Below, piece by piece: positions 17,648-25,732 of a DNA stretch of 32,000 nt. The stretch is from Halogeometricum borinquense DSM 11551 (GTDB taxonomy: Archaea > Halobacteriota > Halobacteria > Halobacteriales > Haloferacaceae), in assembly GCF_000172995.2 (NCBI RefSeq), contig NC_014735.1, forward strand, positions 270,001 to 302,000. Reading direction: 5' to 3'. Under the pieces are notes generated by a model. The model worked only from the letters and a program-made list of their open reading frames with translations. It was not told where the DNA came from and searched no databases. The position numbers and the translations under genes were made by a program. How positions within the stretch are numbered: position 1 is the first letter of the stretch; each line of letters opens with the position of its first letter.

Positions 17648-17816
17648 CTAAGAGCGATAATTCATTCGATTTAATTAACATTTTGATTTGATAAGAGAGT
17701 TGCCGCCGGAACGTCAGCAAAATCACCTTCGTACGCAACGGTGGCGTGTAATTCTGGCTGGCGAAGTGTATTCGTTGACCTCCTCCCCGGCGTCGCCCGC
17801 TTGTGAACGTGAGTAA

Positions 17817-20800
17817 CTACGAGTCCGTCTCGAACACGAACCGGGCACCGCCGTCGGTACCCTCCGCTACTGAGACAGTCCAGCCGTGCGCTCGTGCGAT
17901 ATCTGCGACGATAGACAGACCGAAACCCGTACCGCCCTTGTTCGAGGTGACGCCGTGCTCGAATACGTCCTCTCGTCGCTCCGGTGAGATCCCCTGTCCG
18001 TCGTCTTCGACGTAGAATCCCTCACGGTCGTCTAATCCACCAACTGTAATCGTCACGTCGGTTCCACCGTGTTCGACCGCGTTACGAAACAGATTCTCGA
18101 ACAGTTGCGTTAGTCGTCCTGCATTACCAGCGACGACCGGGGCTTGGTCGCAGACCGTGAGCGTTGCTTGGCTGGTATCCACGTACCCCCACGCCTCTGT
18201 GGCGATGTCTGTGAGGTTAATCTGCTCTGTGTCCTCGATTAGCGTCTCCCCGCGCGCTAGCGTGAGCAAGTCGTCGATCAGTCGCTCGATACGGCTGTGT
18301 GCGGATTCTATCTTCTCGTAGTGAGTTGGATCGTCCGTCTCTTTAACGACTTCCAGAAATCCCGATGCGATAGTTAGGGGATTTCGGAGGTCGTGAGCGA
18401 CAACACTCGCAAACTCGTTGAGACGTTCGTTCTGTCGCCGGAGCTCCTCTTCGCGGTCGGCCCGTGCCAGTGCCGCTTCGACGGTTGCACCGAGGATTCT
18501 GAATAAATCAACTTCCGTCTCGGAGTATCGCTGTCCGACGGTCGATCCCGTTGAGATGAGTCCGTGATCGCCTAACGGCACGTATATCTCGCTTTTTATC
18601 TGTGTGTTGGGGTTGTATACCGAGCTGCTTGTTTCGACATCGTCACAGACGTGTATCTCTCTCGACTCGAAAACCTCCCACGCGAGACTATCTCCTGGTG
18701 TAAACCGGGGTGACTCGGAGAACCGTTCCCGGGCGGCTGTCGTCTCAGTAATCGGAACAAGCGCATTCTCGCGGTCATCGTGCCGCCAAATACCAGTTAT
18801 ATCGAACCCAAGGACATCGACAGCCGCTTCGACGGCGATGTCACCGATTTCCTCACGTGACCGGGCAACGCTCAGTTGCTGTGCGGTTTCTTGGAGCGCT
18901 CGGAGTTGGTTCTCTAATCGCTTTTGTTCGGTCGTGTCGTCGAGAACAGCGATAATGCTCGTCACCTCGCCACCGGCTTCTGTAATCGGTGCAACTGAGA
19001 GCAAGAGGTCTAACCGTTCGCCATCTTTTGTCTGTCGCTGGATCTCTTTGCCTCGTATTCGCTCCCCACGTAGTGCTTGCTGTCGATGTTGCTTGAACTC
19101 CGATTGCCCCTCTTTGGGGACTATGGGGTTGAATTCTCCGACCACTTCTTCGCGCGACCAGCCGAACATCTGCTCTGCGCCGCGGTTCCACAGTAAAACC
19201 TCGCCGTCGCGGTCGATTTCCATGATCGTAAGCGGTGCGGCCTCGATAAGCGATTCCAACCGTTGGTTCGTCTGTTCGAGTTCAGTTCGGCTCCGGTCTC
19301 GCGATAGTTCCGAACTCACGAGCTCTGCCAGTAATTCGACGAACGTCCGTTCGAGTGTTCCGAACTCGGACTCTCGCGTCGTTGGGCTTGAAAAGTTGAG
19401 TGTTCCATATCGGTTCCCATCAACAACGAGTGGCACGCCGATATACGATTCAAGTTCAAACTGCTGGTACGCGGGGTGCGATGATTTCCCTGCTGAAATG
19501 GCGTCGCTGAATGCACAGACCGAATCTTGTGCGACGACCACCTCACAGTATGTCGATTCGAGGTCGAACCGGTCGCCAGTTTCGATACTTCCATCGGGAG
19601 TGTGAACCGAACGAACCGTGTATTTGTCGCCCTCAATTTTCGAGATGATTCCGATTTCGAGCCCGGTCGTCTGACACCCGACTTCCAGTAGTTCCGTCAG
19701 TCGGTCGTCCGTTGAGAGTTCGCTGTCTGCCATTACGGTTTGTAACTCCCGTAGTGCGTCTCGCTCTCGTTTGAGCTGGTTCCGTGCTTGACTCTGTTCT
19801 GTGACATCTCGCGCGACGACGAGCACTTGGCGATTCATCGTGCTTTGGAACGGTGTCAGTCGAACGTCGAACACCCGCCGCTTGGTCCCAACTCGTAACC
19901 CGAGTTGGAGATCGAAATCGTACAGTCCGGTAACTCCTCCGTCCCCGTCGATCTCTTGGAGCGTTTCCGTCACCGCACTCTTAAACTCCCGTGCATCCGA
20001 ATCAGAGACTCGACTACTGACAATGCCGCTGAGGCGCTCTTCTTCGAGACTCTCACGACTCCGTTCTAACACGCGTGCTGCGGCGGAATTGGCGAACTGG
20101 ATTCTGCCGTCTTCGTTGATGACGAACACGACATCGTGAATCTTCTGTAGAATAGCTTCGTTCCGTTCTAGCTCCTGTTGGCGTTCTCGTTCGTCGGTAA
20201 TCTCCCGAGAGAATACGGTAAGTCCGTCTTCGTCGGGAAACGCGCGCACTTTGACCCAATAGTCGAACGGTTCTTCGAGGTATTGTTCGAACGAAATCGG
20301 CTCCCCAGTTTCCATCGCGGTCCGGTACTGTTCTTCGAGTTTCGTCCCGGTGATCGTGGGGAACTCTTCCCAGAGAACTGTTCCGACGACAGTCTCGGGA
20401 TCACGGCCGACGCGGTCGGCCATCTGCTCGTTCATGTACTCGATGCGCCATTCGGTGTCCACAGCGTAGATAGCGTCGGCAGTCCGTTCGAGCGTCCGCT
20501 GGAAGCGATTGTTGATTCGTTCGGCTGCTCGTCGTTCCCGTGCGGCTTGTACGAGCGTTTGGATCCGGTGGACGAGCAGTTCGAAGTTGTCGCGGTCCGT
20601 GCGGATGGTGATGTAGTCGGTGATCCCGGCACGGGTTGATTCGCTCGCAACCTCCTCGCTTCCTTGCCCAGTAAAGAGAACTATCGGCAGGTCCTCGTCC
20701 TGCTGGCGAATCGATTCGGTGAGGTCGATTCCGGTTTCGTCGGCGAGTGAATAGGCCGTCACGACGCAATCGATTCGCTCGACAGACACCGTTTCCACTG

Positions 20801-20945
20801 CCGTGCGTGCATTCGTCGCGTGAATGAATTCGATATCGGCGTCGGCTTGGCAGAGCTTCGTCTGAACCAGTTCAGTGAAGTCCTCGTCAGTGTTCACGTA
20901 GAGAACACGAATCGGAGTGTCCGATATCCCGGCCAAACTAGTCAC
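17817..20945 (-). CDS. Hybrid sensor histidine kinase (degenerate receiver, multiple PAS, GAF, HisKA, HATPase_c)
   Basis: H-box FASVVAHDLRNPL, N-box LFENLFRNAVEHGG, G-boxes EDDGQGI and GGTGFGLSIV. PAS-like blocks (e.g. AIYAVDTEWRIEYMN, VVFVINEDGRIQFAN, TIMEIDRDGEVLLWN). GTG start. Confidence 0.9.
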   Translation of the reverse strand: MTSLAGISDTPIRVLYVNTDEDFTELVQTKLCQADADIEFIHATNARTAVETVSVERIDCVVTAYSLADETGIDLTESIRQQDEDLPIVLFTGQGSEEVASESTRAGITDYITIRTDRDNFELLVHRIQTLVQAARERRAAERINNRFQRTLERTADAIYAVDTEWRIEYMNEQMADRVGRDPETVVGTVLWEEFPTITGTKLEEQYRTAMETGEPISFEQYLEEPFDYWVKVRAFPDEDGLTVFSREITDERERQQELERNEAILQKIHDVVFVINEDGRIQFANSAAARVLERSRESLEEERLSGIVSSRVSDSDAREFKSAVTETLQEIDGDGGVTGLYDFDLQLGLRVGTKRRVFDVRLTPFQSTMNRQVLVVARDVTEQSQARNQLKRERDALRELQTVMADSELSTDDRLTELLEVGCQTTGLEIGIISKIEGDKYTVRSVHTPDGSIETGDRFDLESTYCEVVVAQDSVCAFSDAISAGKSSHPAYQQFELESYIGVPLVVDGNRYGTLNFSSPTTRESEFGTLERTFVELLAELVSSELSRDRSRTELEQTNQRLESLIEAAPLTIMEIDRDGEVLLWNRGAEQMFGWSREEVVGEFNPIVPKEGQSEFKQHRQQALRGERIRGKEIQRQTKDGERLDLLLSVAPITEAGGEVTSIIAVLDDTTEQKRLENQLRALQETAQQLSVARSREEIGDIAVEAAVDVLGFDITGIWRHDDRENALVPITETTAARERFSESPRFTPGDSLAWEVFESREIHVCDDVETSSSVYNPNTQIKSEIYVPLGDHGLISTGSTVGQRYSETEVDLFRILGATVEAALARADREEELRRQNERLNEFASVVAHDLRNPLTIASGFLEVVKETDDPTHYEKIESAHSRIERLIDDLLTLARGETLIEDTEQINLTDIATEAWGYVDTSQATLTVCDQAPVVAGNAGRLTQLFENLFRNAVEHGGTDVTITVGGLDDREGFYVEDDGQGISPERREDVFEHGVTSNKGGTGFGLSIVADIARAHGWTVSVAEGTDGGARFVFETDS

Positions 20946-21075
20946 GATACCTGAATACTGTTGGGTGGTTAAGTAAGCGTTTTCCCCTCATGGTATCTGT
21001 TTCTCACTGCCGATTTTTGGGATGGGACTCGAAGCTATCTGTCGAGGGAACGACCTGCTCGCGCGGACTGGCAAT

Positions 21076-21082
21076 AAAAAAA
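21076..21082 (-). terminator. Oligo-T (T7) tract downstream of nhaC
   Basis: An A7 run on the plus strand reads as T7 on the minus strand. It lies 14-20 nt after the nhaC stop. Archaeal terminators are typically oligo-T. Confidence 0.4.
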
Positions 21083-21095
21083 GTCGAGTGCTTTC

Positions 21096-22688
21096 TCAGT
21101 CGGACGAGGATCCGAACGTCGTCGGGACGTTCACGTCAGCGTGCTCGGAGAGGTAGTACGCGGCGACGAAGAGCGCGGCGACGCCAGCGACGAGCAGCAC
21201 GAGCGGGCCGACTGTGTAGCCGAAGACCGTGAGCGAGGAAACGCCGTAGCCTCCCGCGAGGAACAGCCCCGTCGCAACTACCCCGCAGAGAAGCGCGTAC
21301 GGAATCTGCGTGTTCACGTGGTCAACGTGGTCTGCTCCGGCGAACATCGACGACATAACCGTTGTGTCGCTGATGGGCGAACAGTGGTCACCGAACAGCG
21401 AGCCGGTGAGGATTGCGCCGGTCGCACCCGGAAGCGGCGCGCCGAGTTGGACTGCCAGCGGCACCGCGACCGGGAACATGATCCCCATCGTCCCCCACGA
21501 TGTCCCGATGGCGAACGAGATGATCGCCGCGGAAATGAACACGACTGCGGGCAGCATCGGGGCCGTGATAATGCCCTGTGAGATACTGACGACGTACGGA
21601 CCGACGCCAAGCGCTTCACTGACCGAGCCGATGGTCCACGCCAGCGAGAGGACGGCGACGGGGAACATGACCATTTTGAAGCCCTCGAAGATGGAGTCGC
21701 TCACCTCTTCGAGTTCGACGCGAGCGTGTCCCACGAGAATGGCGAGGAGCAACGCACACGCTGAGAAGACGCCCCAGAGAATTGCGTCCGCCGTGGCCGC
21801 ACCCTTCAACGCTTCGACGGGGGCCTTTGACGGCCAGCCGCCGGAGTAGAGCAGGCCGAAACCGGTCACGGCCACGAGCGAGACGATGGGCACGGCGAAG
21901 TACCACCAGCGCGGATCGACGTGATCGGGCGTGTCGATGTCCTCTTCGCGCGTTTCGATGAGGGGGTCGGCGTCGTCGCCGAGGACTTTCCCTTCTTCTT
22001 TCGCGCGTTTTTCAGCCTGCTTCATCGGTCCGAAGTCCCAGTCCATCACGATGAGGATGAACACGAGGGTGACCGCCAGCAGGCTGTAGAAGCGGAACGG
22101 AATGCTTTGCAGGAACACCATGAACGCGCTCTGGTCGATGGAGCTGATGCTGTTGATCTGGTCTCTGATGAGACCGACCTCGAAGCCAACCCACGTTGAG
22201 ACGACGGCGACGCTCACAACGGGCGAGGTCGTCGAGTCAAGCAGGTACGCGAGTTTCTCGCGGCTGATGTCGAACTGATCCGTGATCGGACGCATCACGG
22301 ATCCCGTAATCATCGTGCTCGCATAGGAGTCGACGAAGATGAGCATCCCGAGAATGCCCGTCCCTAACTCCGCCTGCTTGCGAGTCTGGATGCGGGAGAT
22401 GATACGCTGTGCCAGCGCGCTCATCCCGCCCGAGAGGAAGATCATCCCGAGCATTGCCCCCGAGAGGAACGTGAACAGGAGTAGCTTGCTGTTGAACGAT
22501 GCGGTAACGCTGTTGATGACCATCTGGAGCGAGTGCGCCGCCCCCTCGATGGGGTTCCATCCCACTAAGATGGTCGCACCGATCCAGATGCCGGTGAAAA
22601 GTGAGAGAAGCACCTGCCTGCTTACCAACGTCATCACGATGGCCAGGAGCGCTGGCAGCAAGCTGATGATTCCGTATTCTGCAGCCAT
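21096..22688 (-). CDS. nhaC: NhaC-family Na+/H+ antiporter-like transporter
   Basis: 530-aa polytopic protein. I assigned the family by resemblance only. ATG 22688 (MAAEYGIISLLPALLAIV) is preferred over the track start 22799, which runs into AT-rich non-coding-looking DNA. Confidence 0.75.
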   Translation of the reverse strand: MAAEYGIISLLPALLAIVMTLVSRQVLLSLFTGIWIGATILVGWNPIEGAAHSLQMVINSVTASFNSKLLLFTFLSGAMLGMIFLSGGMSALAQRIISRIQTRKQAELGTGILGMLIFVDSYASTMITGSVMRPITDQFDISREKLAYLLDSTTSPVVSVAVVSTWVGFEVGLIRDQINSISSIDQSAFMVFLQSIPFRFYSLLAVTLVFILIVMDWDFGPMKQAEKRAKEEGKVLGDDADPLIETREEDIDTPDHVDPRWWYFAVPIVSLVAVTGFGLLYSGGWPSKAPVEALKGAATADAILWGVFSACALLLAILVGHARVELEEVSDSIFEGFKMVMFPVAVLSLAWTIGSVSEALGVGPYVVSISQGIITAPMLPAVVFISAAIISFAIGTSWGTMGIMFPVAVPLAVQLGAPLPGATGAILTGSLFGDHCSPISDTTVMSSMFAGADHVDHVNTQIPYALLCGVVATGLFLAGGYGVSSLTVFGYTVGPLVLLVAGVAALFVAAYYLSEHADVNVPTTFGSSSD

Positions 22689-23023
22689 GACAAACGTTCG
22701 GTAACAAAGCATCTGTGTTAAGGTTTTACACTTATCGCGGAAAGAATAAAATAAATTACTGCTATTGTCCGATGTAACATGGTTGTTTTTAACACACATG
22801 GTGGTTCTCTTACTTCTAGATCATTCAGACATCTGCCATCTAACACAGCTATTTTTGCGCCTAAAATTTAATCACTTATGGGAATATCAAATAATATAAT
22901 GAGTTTCCGTGGGTACTATGGATAATATCTGCAAAGTATGTTGCCATTATAAACAACTACAACTAAAGTAGTTGAATATCTACTTCGATACACACGACGG
23001 ACATTCTCTTTTCTAGAGAGTAC

Positions 23024-23302
23024 TTAGTTACTGCGCACAGCGGGTGCTCGGATTCGAGATTCTGGGAGCGGATTTACGCGTCCGTCTTCTTCCTCGCCAT
23101 CGTCGCCGCTTTCTCTGTCTTCGTCTCCCTCGCCTTCGTTTTCTCCGTCTGCTTCGTCGTCTACTTCTCCATCATTTTCGTCTTCCTCACCATTCTCTTC
23201 GTCGTCTGGACCGGCACACCCTGAAAGTCCGACACCGAGAAGGGTCACACCGATTCCCCGAAGTAGTGACCGCCGGTCGTGCCAATTTAAGTGTTGTTTC
23301 AT
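23024..23302 (-). CDS. Short Tat-lipoprotein consisting of signal peptide plus D/E/G/N-rich acidic tract (possibly the N-terminal remnant of a larger lipoprotein)
   Basis: DRRSLLRGIGVTLLGVGLSGC is a twin-arginine signal plus lipobox. The remaining ~60 aa are almost entirely D/E/G/N. Confidence 0.55.
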   Translation of the reverse strand: MKQHLNWHDRRSLLRGIGVTLLGVGLSGCAGPDDEENGEEDENDGEVDDEADGENEGEGDEDRESGDDGEEEDGRVNPLPESRIRAPAVRSN

Positions 23303-23633
23303 TGGCTTTAATCACCCCGTCCACCCATCTATACGTTCGGAAATCGGGTCCGTGCAGTCGTTCGAAAACGGTCTCCTCGGTCGATTGAACAGCAATTCGC
23401 TGACTGAGTATAGTATTGGCACTGTGTGAATACAATGGTGATCCCTGCTGAGTCAATTCTCCTTAGATGCGGTATCTGCAAACCGTGGCCCTCGTTGCAA
23501 CACTCAGAAGTTCCATTACACGCATAGGAATATAACGACGGCTTGGTGATTCAGCCGTTAAGTGAGATGTGTTTAAGTAGGGTACAGGCGGTGTCTTTCG
23601 ACCCAGTGAACCGCTATGCGACGTTAATCTCGA

Positions 23634-23698
23634 TAGCAGCTATTCACTATATGTGTTCATCGGTTCTGTTCATTTTGTTCATTCATTATTGAATATCA
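23634..23698 (-). repeat. Second 13-bp-phased iteron array (5 units) resembling the parA-upstream array
   Basis: On the minus strand: TGATATTCAATAA TGAATGAACAAAA TGAACAGAACCGA TGAACACATATAG TGAATAGCTGCTA. The array is bracketed by the direct repeat CCAGTGAACCG at 23603-23613 and 23701-23711. Confidence 0.45.
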
Positions 23699-23816
23699 CT
23701 CCAGTGAACCGATTTTGTAGCTCTTGAGTGACGGATATCCACCCTACTCGTCTGTACGACTAGTGTATCTGAATGCGAGACTGTACATCGTTCCGGTAGA
23801 CTCCGATTCGATTCCC

Positions 23817-23839
23817 GGTGTGTATCTGTATTACACACC
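23817..23839. promoter_or_regulatory. Inverted repeat GGTGTGTA-N7-TACACACC upstream of bdhA (candidate operator)
   Basis: Perfect 8-bp arms read directly. It ends 7 nt before the ATCACTATA box (23846-23854) and 46 nt before the bdhA ATG. Confidence 0.35.
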
Positions 23840-23884
23840 CGGTGTATCACTATACGGCTCGTCCGCGTTAGCCTTTTCACGCAT

Positions 23885-24745
23885 ATGCCACACGAGTTCG
23901 ACCTCACCGAACCGGAACTGACTGCCGACGATCTGCTCGTTCTGGAGGATCCGCACTTCGGTCCCGAGACCACGGCCGTCGTGACCGGTGCTGCGTCGGG
24001 CATCGGACAAGCGACTGCCGTCGCGCTCGCAGCAAACGGGCTCTCCGTCATCGGTGCCGATATCGACGACGATGGTCTCACAGAGACAGTTGACCTCGCT
24101 GATGACATCGCTGTGGCGGGGACGATACATCCAGTGACGACCGACCTCACTGACGACGCCGACGTGGAGGCGATGATCGAGGTTGCGGCCGATCAGGGAG
24201 AGCTTCGATACGTTGCGAACATCGCCGGAATGCAACATATCGCGTCGATTCCGGAGTTCCCTATGGAGAAGTACGATTTCATCGTAGACATCATGTTGCG
24301 CGCCCCGTTTTTGACCGCGAAACTAGCGATGCCGCACATCCGCGCGACTGACGACGGTGTCGGCGCTATCGCGAACATGTCCTCGGTACACGGCCACTAC
24401 GCGACTCAGGACAAACCCGCGTATATCACTGCAAAACACGGTCTCGAAGGACTCACCCGCGCTATCGCTGCCGAGGGCGAAGGGACCCTTCGAGGATTCT
24501 CAGTCAGCGTCGGATACGTTCTCACTCCGCTCATGGTGAATCAAATCGAAGGTACGGCCGACGAACGAGGCATCTCCAAACGCGAGGTCGTCGAGGACGT
24601 GATGCTCGGGCAGGCCCGCACGAAGGAGATGATGACTCCCGCCGAGGTGGCAAACCTCTTCGTGTTCGGTTTCTCCGGACACGGCAAGCACCTCAACGGC
24701 GGCGATATGCTTTGGGACGGCGGCTACACGACGACCTATGAGTGA
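23885..24745 (+). CDS. bdhA: SDR-family 3-hydroxybutyrate dehydrogenase-like oxidoreductase
   Basis: VVTGAASGIGQA (TGxxxGxG), NMSS and YITAK (YxxxK). It overlaps the downstream patatin gene by 8 nt (ATGAGTGA). Confidence 0.8.
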   Translation: MPHEFDLTEPELTADDLLVLEDPHFGPETTAVVTGAASGIGQATAVALAANGLSVIGADIDDDGLTETVDLADDIAVAGTIHPVTTDLTDDADVEAMIEVAADQGELRYVANIAGMQHIASIPEFPMEKYDFIVDIMLRAPFLTAKLAMPHIRATDDGVGAIANMSSVHGHYATQDKPAYITAKHGLEGLTRAIAAEGEGTLRGFSVSVGYVLTPLMVNQIEGTADERGISKREVVEDVMLGQARTKEMMTPAEVANLFVFGFSGHGKHLNGGDMLWDGGYTTTYE

Positions 24746-25703
24746 AAACGAATCAACGAACGTTGCCATCGCCTGTCAAGGCGGTGGCAGCCACACGGCG
24801 TTCACGGCAGGCGTATTGAAGGGGCTGCTCCGTGAGTGGAACAATGACCACGAGTTAGTTGGCATTAGCGGCACCTCCGGCGGAGCTTTCAACGCACTCG
24901 CGGCGTGGTATGGACTCGTCACGGCCGACGCGGACCGTTCTATCGAGCTTCTCGACGCGTTCTGGTCTGATATCGCTGCTGACACCGCCACCGATAAAAT
25001 CACCAATGACTGGGTTGTTGGGATGTTCCGATTGGAGTCCAACGGGTTTCCACTCCCGCAACTCAGCCCCTACCAGACACCCGGCTCCGACCTCGGAAAA
25101 GAGCGAATCAGAGAGATACTCGAACGGCACATCGACTTCGATGAGATTCCGGATCTCTGCGACCGTGATGCACCAGACCTCGTGATCGGGACGGTCAACA
25201 TCAACGCCGGCAAATTCGAGACGTTCAACGATGAAAACGTGACGCCGCAAGCGGTGCTCGCCAGTGCTGCCGTTCCGAACTTCTTCGAGGCCGTCGAAAT
25301 CAACGACCACTTCCATTGGGATGGCCTCTTCAGTCAGAATCCGCCGATTCACGACCTGATGACCGGCGATGTCGCCAACAAGCCCGATGAGCTGTGGGTG
25401 ATTCAAATCAACCCACAAAAGCGGCAGAGCGAGCCCACTTCACTCGATGAAATCGCTGACCGGCGAAACGAACTCTCGGGGAATATCTCGTTGAATCAGG
25501 AACTGCGGGCCGTCGAACGCGTCAACGAGTGGATCGATGAAGGGCACCTGCCCGAGCACTCGTTTAAAAAGACCGAAATCCATCGGATTCAGCTGGAACA
25601 CGAATATCATTGCTCCACGAAGGTAGATCGAAGCCCGTCGTTCCTTCAGGAGTTGATCGATCTCGGTGAGCAACGAGCAGCGGAGTTTCGAAGTAGTAGG
25701 TAA
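24738..25703 (+). CDS. phaZh1: Patatin-like phospholipase-family protein, possible PHA depolymerase of the PhaZh1 type
   Basis: CQGGGSHTAF (oxyanion Gly-rich loop), GTSGG (GxSxG nucleophile) and WDGLF (catalytic Asp-Gly). The adjacency and overlap with bdhA matches my recollection of the Haloferax mediterranei bdhA-phaZh1 arrangement. The symbol is tentative. Confidence 0.8.
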   Translation: MSENESTNVAIACQGGGSHTAFTAGVLKGLLREWNNDHELVGISGTSGGAFNALAAWYGLVTADADRSIELLDAFWSDIAADTATDKITNDWVVGMFRLESNGFPLPQLSPYQTPGSDLGKERIREILERHIDFDEIPDLCDRDAPDLVIGTVNINAGKFETFNDENVTPQAVLASAAVPNFFEAVEINDHFHWDGLFSQNPPIHDLMTGDVANKPDELWVIQINPQKRQSEPTSLDEIADRRNELSGNISLNQELRAVERVNEWIDEGHLPEHSFKKTEIHRIQLEHEYHCSTKVDRSPSFLQELIDLGEQRAAEFRSSR

Positions 25704-25720
25704 CGTGGCGAGAAACGAGA

Positions 25721-25725
25721 TTTTT
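25721..25725 (+). terminator. T5 tract after the patatin gene
   Basis: TTTTT lies 18 nt after the TAA, in the 29-nt gap between convergent genes. Confidence 0.3.
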
Positions 25726-25732
25726 GATTGGA

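Noticed and set aside
18604-19605. 333-aa plus-strand ORF
   Set aside because: It is antisense to the histidine kinase. Its Ser/Arg-rich low-complexity translation marks it as a shadow ORF.
22689-23023. AT-rich island as a replication origin
   Set aside because: There is no orc1/cdc6 gene nearby in the window, and I found no ORB-like long inverted repeats flanking it. AT-richness alone is insufficient.
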